A stretch of DNA of 64,000 nucleotides from Utricularia gibba (Eukaryota > Plantae > Magnoliophyta): positions 4,650,001 through 4,714,000 of the forward strand of contig CM007990.1 in NCBI GenBank assembly GCA_002189035.1, read 5' to 3'. Every line of letters starts with the position of its first letter. Position 1 is the first letter of the stretch. A program made the translations under genes and the position numbers. Below, in pieces: positions 49,201-63,603 of this stretch. The notes beneath the pieces are model-generated. The model had not been told where the DNA came from, searched no databases, and worked only from the letters and a program-made list of their open reading frames with translations.

Positions 49201-51284
49201 CCTCCACCAATTCATCCTGGCCTATTTATCACATGTATGTATGTACAAGGAGCAATTCCGAATGTTACTTTTCCTTGCAGGCGGAAAGTGCCCTTGATCA
49301 AATGGACTGGATCGAGAAAATCACAGGAGTTATTGCTTCATTGTTAAATTTGCAGGCTCCTGAACGGGTAAATTTTGATAATTCCGTTAGGTAATTGTCT
49401 AACTGTTACTCATATGAGTCAAAGTTTCTTTTTTTTTTTTTCGATTCAGTGTTTGTCTGCTAGTCCAATGGATAGTGGCCATCATCATTCTGCTAGTGAG
49501 AGTAGTTCCTTGGATACTGTTGATTATAATCATGGAGCAGTTGAAGACTACACATCTGAAAGGTTTTCCACAATGCATATGGATCGCCCTCTGAGAAACT
49601 CACAGCAGTTTAAAGCTTTCCAAAAAAATGAGAAGCCAATCGATGTATTGCGGAAAGTGTCAGGTAATGACAAATGCGCTGATTGTGGTGCCCCAGAACC
49701 AGATTGGTCATCTTTAAATCTGGGTGTTCTCATCTGCATTGAGTGTTCTGGTGTACATCGAAATCTTGGTGTGCACATATCCAAGGTATAAACAATGTGG
49801 ACTTCTTCGTTTTTTATTTCAAAAAATTACAATGATAATTCAAGTTTTCGGATTTTGTTCACCTTAATATCATATGCAGGTAAGATCATTGACCCTTGAT
49901 GTCAAAGTGTGGGAGCCATCTGTGATAAACCTATTTCAGTCGCTGGGGAACACATTTGCAAATTCAGTATGGGAGGAGTTGATGCATTCAAAGGGTGCTC
50001 TGCGAAATGATCATAGTAACTCAGGGTAAGTCCCCTTCATCGTGTTTATGATAATAGAAGTGCTTTATTCATCTCTGTTTATTCTCCTGCTAAAATTTTA
50101 CAGGTCTGATTGGCAACAACTACCGCACTTCAGCAAGCCTTGCGCCTCTGATTCAATTTCTACGAAAGAGAAGTTTATCCATGCTAAGGTACTTCTAATG
50201 ATTCTTTTTGTTTTGACCAGCAGCCTCATGGTTTCCCTATGGCCTTCTTTTAATGTGGAAGCCCAGGTTGTTGCACTCCTAGTGAACTGGAAGAAACTCC
50301 TATTGCCAATTACCTAGAACTTTTGTTTCTGTTAGTTTTTATTGAACGCCCATACACCAATGAAGGTCCTCTTTCTCCAAGAACCAGGCACTAAGTTTTT
50401 CAAATGTTTGTAATGAAACTCCGGCTTTCCCACAAAGTTTCATGTGCTAGCGTAGCGTTGAGAGATGGGATTATACATTGAGCATGTGGTTATCTGTCTC
50501 CTGCAGTATGCTGAGAAACTTTTTTTGCAAAAGCCGAAAGATAGTTATTTTGTGGCAAAGCGGTTGTTGGATGCTGTTCGTGCCAATGACAAGAAGGCGT
50601 TATATGGTCTTCTTGTTAGCTCAGAAGCTGATATTAATGCCATTTACAGTCAGGGAACTAGTAGTAGCTCTTCTCTCACCCTTGCGAAGGTAATGCTTTT
50701 GCCAGAGCAGTCTGCTGCTGAGTGCTACTCTGGTTGCATGGAAGCTGAGGCCCACCGAGCGGCTAGTGCTACAAATCCTGCAAGCACAAGTGAATGTAAT
50801 AACAGTACCATGGATCTTGATGGGTGCTCGTTGCTTCACCTTGCTTGTGAGACTGCAGATATTGGAATGATCGAGCTTCTCTTGCAATATGGTGCAAACA
50901 TAAATTCTTTGGATTCATTGGCTCGCACCCCTCTTCACTGGTGCATCATTAAAGGAAAAACTGCTTTTGCTAAGCTTCTAATTGCAAGGTACAACTTTTT
51001 CTCTTCAAGAGTATCATGGGACATTCCAGCATGAGTCTTTGAAGGTTTCAACTTCTATGCTTATCATCGAACTGACCTCCCAAACCTTCCTCCGTATCAG
51101 AAAGGGCTGTTTATTTTCTTTTTTATTCGATTTAGTCATGTGGACAATGTTGTTGATCTTTTTCAGGGGAGCTGATCTCAGGGCGGTTGATGTACACGGC
51201 AGAACCCCACTTAAGCTGGCGGTTGAATCCAACTTCAAGGACACTGAATTTCTCACTTTACTCTCAGAGTATCACGTTCAATGA
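46201..51284 (+). CDS. AGD3: ARF-GAP with BAR, PH, ArfGAP and ankyrin domains (AGD3/VAN3/SFC-like), multi-exon
   Basis: [15 protein letters not shown]; [23 protein letters not shown]; [29 protein letters not shown]; ArfGAP zinc finger [24 protein letters not shown]; [25 protein letters not shown]. 1-nt deletion at 49055-49058. The AGD1 paralogue is not fully excluded. Confidence 0.93.
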
Positions 51285-52056
51285 GCTCTACAGAAAAAGC
51301 TTATACATTGTTTCATCCCGACCAATAACTGAACCTCACCAGCCGACCGCCGGCTTAGGATCTACTCTGATGTAATTATATATTACATACTGCTCTACCC
51401 TTCCCACCGGATTGCTTCCCCACCCTCTTGTGAATTGTCATATGTGATTGTGATATATGTATGTGTGGCTGAGAACCAGGTCCATGAAGATCAGTGTTGT
51501 ATGAGGTTGTTGTTTGTCTGATGTTCTGCTTTCCAGGCTGTAGTTAGGTGAACACTTTGGAGGCAGTTGTTTTTGTTGTATGAGTTGGACGCTCGAGTTT
51601 GAGGCTAGAGTTTTCCCACCACCATTTTGCACAGTGCAGAAATGAGATCCCATGGACAAAAAGGAAAAAAAGAGGAAAGAACTTCTGTCTTCCTGGAAAG
51701 GGAAAATGTAGAGTTGAAACTAGACTTGTGCTTCTCAGTTTCTTCGGTGAATCTGGCAGTGGAGCAAGCTGAGGACACTGCCGGCGGCAGCAGCTAGCCG
51801 GTGAGTCTCAGGCGCTCTGGACAGAGGTATTCTTGGAAAAGGAATGACAGAGAATGAGGGATGATGGCTTTAGGAAATTCTATGGCTTGTTTATCACATT
51901 TCCCAGTTGATTGATCTTCCAGTGATGAGCTCTTCTCAGTGCTAACTCAACTCAACAGTTTCTAAAACACTTCACACATTCTACAGCAACGTGGGTGCTC
52001 ACATTTGATATTGAAACAAGCGCAGAACCATCCATTTACAAATGAAGCTCAGTATC

Positions 52057-54187
<2,131 letters not shown>

Positions 54188-55633
54188 TGTGTAGAAGACG
54201 CTATGAAATCTGTTGGCACAGAGAGTAGACCATTGAGGCAGCAAAATATATGGTTTCTTAGATGGATCAATTTCCGGTGTGTGCAAGTGCATTTTTGTCG
54301 TTTGAGGAATGGAAGATACTGTGTGTGAGCTGTGAGCCTATGTAAAAGCCAGAACGAGATAAAGGGAATGAATTCTGGCAACTGTAGGATTGCAGAGCGA
54401 GCATGAGAGTCCCCCACCCTTTTTGGTCCCTTGTCTTCTTCACTTAAAAGTTGCCTTTTCGCTAAGAATTTTCCATCACCCATTGCCGTTCCCACCAAAC
54501 CTTCATTTATTTCTTTCATGTTTGAATTCATAAAATGTCTAGAAGGTGCAAAGATGGATATGCCTCTTAGAAAAAGGTGCAGAATGGCGGTCTTATTGTT
54601 AGTTGAGATTCTGCCCAAAATTTTGACTTCTGTAGTTGGCCACAACTGGATAGCTCTAATCTCCATCTCACAATACAGAATTCCCACAACTTCTGCTAGG
54701 TCCTTTATACTCCTCAAGAGCAGTGTGTTGAATTTATTACCAACTGCTTCAATAGCAGTAGCTTATTTGCCTAAGCAGCATTCCTCATATCATTGTCTTA
54801 TCTTAAGCATTACACAACTGCAAAGTGATATTGCCTGTAGCAGTTGGCACCGAAATCCATCCCTGGGCCATAGGCAGGACTCAGGAACAGTAGTAGTTCA
54901 TCACTTGTGAAACTGGGACATGAACAACAGTCAAGTACGGCTAGTGGCATATCTCTTTTGTGGCCATGTGGATCACACTAAAAGATATTCATGCGAAGTA
55001 TGATGATGGCAATTTGTCAAGGCACGTTTTGACCCCTTTAGATAAAAGGTTTTTGTAATGCTGCAGCAGACAAACAAGGGAAGTTAAGTTGAATCATATC
55101 GATTGGCCCATCGAAAACTGTACTATGTACACCTTTTTCTACTCCCGGATTGAAACTGCAACCAACGATCATTTCCAACTGACACAGGCTTCCCCATTTC
55201 GATTCCACCAGCATTCGAAGTTTCAGAGTTACCCAGATCAATGAGTTCATGGATATCTGAATGGTTGAAGAGAGAAAATGGACTTGAAAGAGAAAGCATG
55301 AAGGTTTGATAGAGATGGGGTTTAGATTGGCAGTCAAATGAGAAATGACTCCACTTGGCATTGTCTGGTTTTTCTTTCACAGATGAAGCACTTTTTTCCC
55401 AGCTCCAACAAAAAAGGACATTCTTTCAACACAAGAAGCTGTGTATTGCCTTTTGCTGGGGCTGCGTGCCTTGAAAAAGTGTATTTGTACTGAAAAACCA
55501 TAATATGCTTCCCATGTGCCTGTCTATCTCGATCTCATCAAACCCCAGCTTCTGCAGAAGTGTAAAGATGTGCTCAACTAGAACTCCAATGGAGTAATCC
55601 TCAGAAACTACAATAGCCCGAACGATTTAGCGG

Positions 55634-55674
55634 TTTCCTACATTGGGTCAGACCCTCTGACCCAATGTAGGAAA
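55634..55674. repeat. Perfect inverted repeat: 19-bp stem, 3-nt loop
   Basis: TTTCCTACATTGGGTCAGA-CCC-TCTGACCCAATGTAGGAAA; the arms are exact reverse complements. Confidence 0.95.
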
Positions 55675-56707
55675 ATGGTGCTTGTCATTGCTTTGAAAAA
55701 CTGCTATTGCGTGAAATATCTTGATGGGCCACCTCCATTTTCTGAAAGAACTCGAAGGGGAGCAGCAATTTGATACTTGAATGGATGACTCCAGTTTGAG
55801 AAAATCGTATGTACGAGCCAGGCAAGGTAGGATCCATAGAGATGATTTTGGACTTTTCCTCGCAATTTAACTCCCTCTTGCATTTCCACTGTCCTCGATC
55901 ATCTCTATTATCTTCCTTCTTCTCCCCCATTTCTGAAAACACAGAGAACAGTACAACCCACATACAGAACACACGAATAACATTAACAAGTCCTGGTGAT
56001 TGCTTTCCCGGCTACCTCCAAGATGGCATCCTTCCATCACAGATAACAACATTTTCATCTCTTTAAAGTTTGTAAAGAAGGGATTCCCATTTTCACAAAG
56101 TGCACGTCTTACTGCTTCTGTGGGTATGTGGGAGACAGGAAGTTTAGAATAATTATATACCCTACAATTTTTTCAAAATAAGAAACGCTTTTTAAAAAAT
56201 AGACCTTAATCTCAACAATTAGCAAAAGTGGGCCGGACTGTAATAAGCCTATATCCATTGGGCTACTACTCTCTGACCCACTAATGTATCATTTACTTCT
56301 AATACTATATTTTTCAAATCATGATAATTAACTAATCCAATATAGTGTTTATTGAAATGTAAAATTAGAGGCTTATGACGATATATCACATTGATTACAG
56401 AGGTGAAATGTGATATAGTTAAATAGATTAATCATTATAATTTTATGTGATGTTTCTTTTTCGAAAATAATAAATGTAAAATAATAAAAATTAAATATTC
56501 AAAAAATTGAGATTGTGTGATGGCATTCTAGAGATTTTTTTTTTGAAAAAAATGTACCATGTAATTCAATTTAATCTCATTATTTAATAAACAGTACAAG
56601 GTTGCAGCAGCAAGCTAACATGAATGGTCTGCTGCTCATTCAAATCACCATGATAAAAATGGTTCAGCATCCATCCGCACTCAAAGAATTCCTGGTTACG
56701 CAAGTGG

Positions 56708-58323
56708 TTATGGAGAAGGGGAATGCGGTCTTCTGGCGTAGTGAAGAACCATAACATGCTGAGTAGCTGATAAGCTTCGATGCAGGGTGATCAGCTCCTT
56801 AGGGCTCCTGCTCCACACCTTATCCCTGACGTGCAGCAGTGTCAGCAAGGGATCGAGCTTCTGCCCTTTGCATCTTATCTCTATCTGCACCAAAACCCCA
56901 CACCGGTAAGAAAACATAGTCCTTGTGTCATCGTGTAATTACTTCTGTGATTAGCAGCGGTGTCCGATGGAGTGAGTGCAATGAAATGAAATGCAGCAGC
57001 CAGCCACTTTCGCTTTTGGCTTTGTCTGCGCCTTCTCCACCCACCATCTTTCTTCCTAACCTTTCCGTAACAATGACGCTTGTATTTCAACCTTCTCTTT
57101 CTCCATAACATTCAACTTTCCCTTTTAGCAGGTGACCAAGTCGCGGAAACAATGTGGTCTGAACTAAATGTAAGAAAGGAGACAGAACTGGATATGGTTC
57201 TGGGGAAACAGCGTGTTAGGGCAACAGGTGTGGTCTATGATTCACCAAACTCATCCGTTAATGGCGTTGCATGACTCCCTTTGGGATCTATGCTCCAATC
57301 CCTCATCAGCGTGACGTATGGAGGGATGAAAACCCTATCAGGAACCACTCAACCACGTTGTTTCGCCTCGTTACTTAAACCCCAAATGCCTGACTGAGAG
57401 CATAATTTTGAGACCCAATATACATCGTGATTGGGATTCGAATACGGGTTCCATTGTCGTCCACATGAAGCATCACCAAAGCGAGTAGCCATGAGACTAA
57501 GCTAACGCAGGCAAATCTGCATCATACCAACTTCTGATGTGCATCTCAGGGTGTTATTCATCTTAATAAGCAACCGACTTCAGACATCTCTCGCATGCAA
57601 ACATGTCTTTTTCCCTTACAAACGCTTCTCCCTCCAAGGATTGTTCTTTTCCTTTTCTTTTTTTTATCAGTGTAAAGTAAGATCACAATCAACTTATTTC
57701 AGGAACCCAGGAAACGAAACTGTACCTCAGAATCCTTCTCGAGCCTTAGCTTGTTGCTCAAGTACTTCACAACAAGAGATATTGTCATCCCTCCATCCCT
57801 GATGAATATCAGTCTCGTCAGCGAATCAAGCAGTTACTACATATTCGTATATAATAATAATAATTACTTGATTCTCAAGTATCTCCTTGTAATCTGTGGC
57901 AACCATGATTCTCTATCGCTGCACCAACTCTCAACCGCTGAGTAGCCATGGGAGGTAAGAAGGGAATTAGAATACAAAATTCAGGATCAGGTGGATTACT
58001 CACTGGTTCTGAGATGCTAACAGCATAAACCATAACCCTGGATTGGGTCTCCTCGGAGGATGGAGGACTCCGGAATCTTGTAACCGGAGCGGCATGGACG
58101 GACTGTACGCCCTCCTGCCGGGGATATTTGCCGCCCTAACCGTCGTGTGACAGGCATTACCGCTACTACTACTAGGCGTGAGGTGGAGATCCGGGAAGCT
58201 CAGGTTCTTTCTCCTAAGGTGATCATCGCCATGATACTGATGACAACTCCTCCCTATACTAAGCTCCAGCCATCCCTCATCTCTATCATCCACCACGTCC
58301 TTGGAGCTCGATTCCTCCGCCAT
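56708..58323 (-). CDS. LAX PANICLE 2-like protein with a C-terminal RAWUL (PRC1 ubiquitin-like) domain; exons 58323-58004, 57918-57868, 57798-57726, 56884-56708
   Basis: Spliced product WLELSIG...GLWFMLLASQN-H-DRESWLPQITRRYLRIK-DGGMTISLVVKYLSNKLRLEKDSE-IEIRCKGQKLDPLLTLLHVRDKVW...HVMVLHYAR. The two micro-exons (51 and 73 nt) were found by hand and are not in the ORF track. Confidence 0.85.
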
Positions 58324-58815
58324 TAATGGATCTTAGTATTCCACCAAATCTAACCCTAAAAAACCAGAACCCTACAACACATGATCCGCGAAAAGAGACG
58401 GATCTCACCACTCTTTCGAGGGGATCTGGTGAAGTTACGAACTGGGTTTCATCTCAAATACGACAAGCTCCTTTGAGTCCAAAGGAGGAATCATTTGAAA
58501 CTGGAAATACCTTCAGCTGGTGTTATACATTTGATTATAGGAGTGGGTGGTCAGTCATACGTCTCTACCTGTATTTATTTATATTTTCATTTTCTAAAAT
58601 TTATTTTCAGCCTCCTATTTATTATATTAATTTCAAAAAAAATTGAAATCCATGTTTAAAAAAACCCGAATAAATCGTTTTAAATCACGAATCATTCATA
58701 ATAAAAATTATGTTAAATTGGAAATAACTACTTGAACCACACTCATTGAAATACGTTAGTACAAAGTAAAGGATTCCCATTTTTCTCTTTCGGTAGTTGA
58801 CCAATGGGCGTACAT

Positions 58816-58848
58816 GGGCCCACCATCGGGACCCACTGTTCCACGTGG
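58816..58848. promoter_or_regulatory. Compact motif cluster: two TCP sites plus a G-box, ~500 bp upstream of the LAX2-like gene
   Basis: GGGCCCAC at 58816-58823, GGACCCAC at 58829-58836 (GGNCCCAC consensus) and CCACGTGG at 58841-58848. Confidence 0.5.
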
Positions 58849-59239
58849 ATTATGGCCATTGGAGACCTTTAGAATAAAATGAGGTAGTGGGATGCATGGA
58901 CTAATGGACATGATCATGATAGATAGATAAAGTTAGGCCATGGGATGGACACCATCCAATGCATCCGACAAGATTATGATTCCATTTTATCAATTTTTTT
59001 ATTCTAATTCCATCAACCAAACATACACACATTTTGTTAGAATATACAATCTCATATTGTAATGTAAAATTGAAACAGTTAAATATATAAAAAAAATTAC
59101 AAAACATAATAAATCGGTTGTACTTAATTTTTTTTAATGTGATCGATGTTTTTTATGTATTTGAACTTCACATATACTCGTTCGATCCATCGTATCCTGA
59201 ATTTCAACACATTTCACACCACTTTGGAGCTACGGGTTT

Positions 59240-59537
59240 CATGGATGGCATCATGGGCATGACGACTTGATGCACTTTTGTCATCAGGGAAGGTGCAGCA
59301 TGGCATGGACATGAGGAGATGGATGGATCCCACATGGGGCTGGCTCGCATGGTCATGATGGGGTCGCCACGCCATGGATCCATTGTGTTGAGAGAGACAG
59401 GTACGTGTGCGGTTTGGTGTTCATGCACGCCACCAACTTTTCGGCTTTGTGAGGCATTCTCGCCCCCCATGCTTCTCCTTTCTCATCATCATTCATGCAT
59501 GGTGGATGCCATCATGAGTGGGGTGCCAACGCACATG
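59240..59537. other. CATG-rich, GC-elevated island of unknown function in AT-rich intergenic DNA
   Basis: About 16 CATG tetramers in ~300 bp, including two CATGCA RY motifs, with AT-rich flanks. Confidence 0.7.
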
Positions 59538-61973
59538 AAAACAAATATCTCAAATTTGAAACTGTCTTTCATATTATATAAAATAGAATCAATTTTAATA
59601 TTATCTGAATAAAATCAATTTTGATATTGTAAAAATGTTTTATGGGATAAAACATACTCTTGAAGATGATTCTAAATATCTTGTTATATATTTATAATAA
59701 GCGACACACGAAGGAGCCTTCCAGGTTTAGGGTTTCCATGCTCAATCCCATCCACCATAACCCGTGAAGGGAATGTGGACCGGCCCAACAAGTGTATAAT
59801 TCAGCCCAATTAAAGAATTGGATATCCTTTTCAAGTGACTTGGAATGGGCTACGGAGTCTGAGCCCATTCCACATTTTGAAGTACCATACATATTTACTA
59901 CTCAATTTTTGTTATTTCAATTATTTTTGCTCTCTATGTTTTCAATACCAATTAAAATAGATCTTCAATATTTAAAAAACGGATATATTTGATTTTCCTT
60001 TTTTCGCAATTTAATAAAGTCGATGTTGCGCTAAAATTGAACATGGCAGATTTTTATAAACTTCCAATTAAAACTAGTTGGCCCGTACGAATTCACCTAA
60101 CTAGTTAGTTATACAATGAATCACCACTTAGGAACATGGAAAAAATATAAAAAGGTGAAGATAAAATATTCAAAATAGATCATATTAAATAATACTGTCC
60201 ACCTAGCTTTAATATAAAAAAGATAAATATATTTTAAAAAAGTTAATTCCCCCTCATTTGATCCATGTTTAGGTCACCTCTTTCTTGTACTCACAACCCA
60301 TATCGCACGTCCCCCGGAATGTTAGTGGACCCCATGAGATCAACTCTTGGGATTTTAAAAATAATAAGTCTCAAATTACCAAAATAGACATCCCGTATTA
60401 CGTCATCCGTGGCGTCAGCTGCCCCATTAAATAAAATAACCAGAAAATCAAGATACGTATTTCCTCTGAACCGGGGGCCCCAACCCGGTCCCACACGGAA
60501 CCGGGGGTGGTCGGTTCAGTTGGCCCATCTGTTATTTATCGTTACTTTACATTCTCCTTAAACAACATATTATTTTTTAATGTACGAAAACAGCATTTTC
60601 TTTTTATAAACTATTAATTTTTATAGATTTCATTGATAAATATGTCTAAAATTGATATAATAAAATTGAAAATATAGTTAGATAAATTATTTATTTTTTT
60701 CTCAATTACATATTAATTAAAAAAAATATTAAATAAAAAAAATTCTCAATAGGTACTAAACATAGCATGTTTGATAACTACCATATCTAAAGAAGAAATA
60801 ATTAAAGTAGGTACTAAAATTAAAAATACTTTTTACTTTAATTGAAATACAATAAAATAAATTTGTATAAAAAATACTCTACCAAACTATAGGTTAAAAA
60901 TTAAGATAGAGTTGTTTATAGAAATAATAATAACTGCGGGACCCAGTGGAGTTTATTTGAATAAAAAAATAATGGATGCATATGAATCATTTTTATATTT
61001 TAAAGTAAAAGGAATTGTTTAATATGTCGATAAGAAAGAAAACTATTTCGGTTGGCTGTTTGTTAATGATAATTGGGATGGAGATCCCACTTGGCGTTGC
61101 TTTCATCAAGACAGCATATTTATTGCCGGAGACACAATTATGGAGGCATCACGGCTCGCATCCGCGCCTCCCTGGCCCTCCTCCCATCTGGAGCAATGAA
61201 GAAGAGCGAGCAGTCATTCTACGCTGTATGTTGCAGCAGAAGTTGACAAAGGTCTACGCTTTCTCTCCATTTTTTTCTAGTGCGCCGTGGAAGAACGATT
61301 CCGGCGCTTGGGTTGCTCCACGTTTGACCCTTTTAGCCAGTTTCTGTAAATAGGGAGTATGGGATGATGCAGACTTGCCGTTCCCTGGCGGGAAACGATA
61401 AAGAGATAGGATTCTATCGATGGAGTGGCGAGCCCAGAGTCTATAGTTGTTGTGAAAGCACATGGGCATTCAATGCAGACTACCTCTCGTGCTCGGGGTG
61501 TGGCCTTCTGAGCCTACCTACCTTTCCCAGTTTTGGGTGATAGAAACAATTTTATGAATTGGGTAGTGGTGGTTATTAATTTGTTGTCTGTATTGCTTGG
61601 GTTTGTTTGATTGTGGAGACTGGGTTCTGGGTGTTGGGACGTTATGATCAAAATTGAGCTGTTTGATCTTTGGAGTTAATTTGTGGTTAACCTGGTGAGT
61701 CAAAGCTGTTGTCGCTTCCGCTTCCGTTTGTTAAGCGGAGTCTATGAGTTTCTGTGCACCGACGATGTCATCCAATCGAACAGGGAACTAGATATTTTAA
61801 GGGAGTGGTCTCTGGTCAGTGTCGGCATCCCTTCTTCCCAGGAGAAGCTTTGTCTCGGAATGAATCCTGAATCGTGTTGCTGGGAACGTAGAATTCTGGT
61901 CAACATTTTATACACAGTAACCCCACTTACTTTTAGCTTTCATTTCAGGGCATGATCCCTGTTCTTCTTTTCT

Positions 61974-62018
61974 TTCTTCTTCTTCTTCTTCTTCTTCTTC
62001 TTCTTCTTCTTCTTCTTC
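61974..62018. repeat. (TTC)15 microsatellite just upstream of the BBX gene
   Basis: 15 perfect TTC units counted directly, followed by degenerate units. Confidence 0.92.
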
Positions 62019-62154
62019 TGCTTCTTCTGCTTCTCCTTGTTCTCATGAACTGTTCTTGTCTTCTGTAGAGTTGTCTGTCTTTTTTTGGGTTCTGATTAAA
62101 TCATAAAGATTCATCCTTTTTTTGATCTTCCTTGGATTTGGGTGTTGTGTTGTA

Positions 62155-63603
62155 ATGGTGGGCTGCGATTTTTGCTGCGACCGAACGGCGATTCTCTTCT
62201 GCCGTGCTGATAGCGCCAAGCTCTGTCTCTCGTGCGACCACCACGTGCACACTGCGAATGCTCTCTCGCAAAAACACCTCCGTTCCCAGATCTGCGATAA
62301 CTGCGCCGCCCAGCCGGCCGGAACTCGTTGCGTTACCGACGGATTAGTCCTCTGTCAGGACTGCGATTGGGACGCCCACGGCAGCTGCGCCACCGGCCAT
62401 GCTCGCTCCCCGCTCGAGGGCTTCACCGGTTGCCCGTCTCCCTTTGAATTGGCGTCATCCTGGGATTTGGAAATCACCGAGAGCAAACCGCCGTATGAGT
62501 GGAGCGGACTTCTAGAGGAGCTGATGGTGCCCATCTTCTCCGATTACGGTGGCAAGAACTCAACTTGTGGGAAGCAGAAACAAGTGATTCTGAAACAGTT
62601 ACTGGAACTCATGTCTCACAGCGGCGTCGGTACCAGTCAGGATAAGGAAGAGATGGTGCCGCCCAGTACGCCGCCGTGTAGCACCCCTTGGCAACTCGAG
62701 AATTTCTGCCATCCGCCGCCGGAAAAGAAGCTTTCGCCGCAAAGCCAGAGCAACAGTTTCACAACAATGCTGATACAACCCGTTCCCAAACAAGAACCAT
62801 GGAACAGTAATAACAGTCGAGCTCAGGTACTGCAGTTTTCTCAAGTCAAATTCTGTATAGATTGCTGGGACCAATTCTGCAGCATCAAAATCCTTCCCCT
62901 TTCTGCAGATTTGGGATTTCAATCGGGGACAGTTAAGGGGAAAAGACGACTGCAGCCCAGGAGACTTAGAGTACGGTGGGGATCTCGTCTTCAACAGCAA
63001 TTCTTACAGTGATCTGGTAAAGGAGACTTCTTTGGCCAAGAGACGGGGCCTCAAGATTCCTGTTGTAGATTTTTCTGTCTCCAACAAGGACACGATCCCC
63101 TTCTATGTAAGAAATCTTGGAACACTTATGCCAGAGTTCCTGTGTAGCCTGATAAAGATTTGATCTTTTCAAATGGGCAGGCTCTGGCGAACAGTAACCA
63201 CATACTCATTCAGGACCAGCAACATCAGAAAGCAACACTTTACAACCATCACAGGCCGGCAACGAGAGACCGTCCTATGATGGGATACAAGACTTGTACT
63301 TTGCAGATCAGTCGATGCCACTTCGGAGCGACGGTGCGTCGGCTGCGACGATGAAGGCGAACATGGAACTTCTAGCGAAAAATCGAGGCGATGCGGTGAC
63401 ACGATACAAGGAAAAGAGGAAAACTAGGAGGTAGATGGAGTTCTCTACCCCGGATACTCAGTCTACTGTATTCTGATGATATCACTGACATTTCGCTTGT
63501 TTGTAGATATGACAAGCACATTAGATACGAATCAAGAAAGGCAAGAGCGGATACTAGGAAGCGAGTGAAGGGCAGATTCGTGAAGGCTACAGAAGAATCA
63601 TAG
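62155..63603 (+). CDS. CONSTANS-like double B-box plus CCT protein (COL13-15 / BBX11-13 type); exons 62155-62826, 62909-63106, 63181-63430, 63507-63603
   Basis: B-boxes [29 protein letters not shown] and [29 protein letters not shown]; QIWDFN motif; [45 protein letters not shown]. 1-nt deletion at 63213-63214. Confidence 0.93.

Noticed and set aside
56101-56119. miR164 target-mimic-like site TGCACGTCTTACTGCTTCT
   Set aside because: Seed positions 2-3 are unpaired and the bulge is not the canonical 3 nt at positions 10/11, so it is likely chance.
57433-57504. tRNA or tRNA-derived SINE in LAX2-like intron 3 (TAGCTTAGT ... ATTCGAATCCC on - strand)
   Set aside because: The B-box lacks the invariant G, there is no cloverleaf, and no tail or TSD was found.
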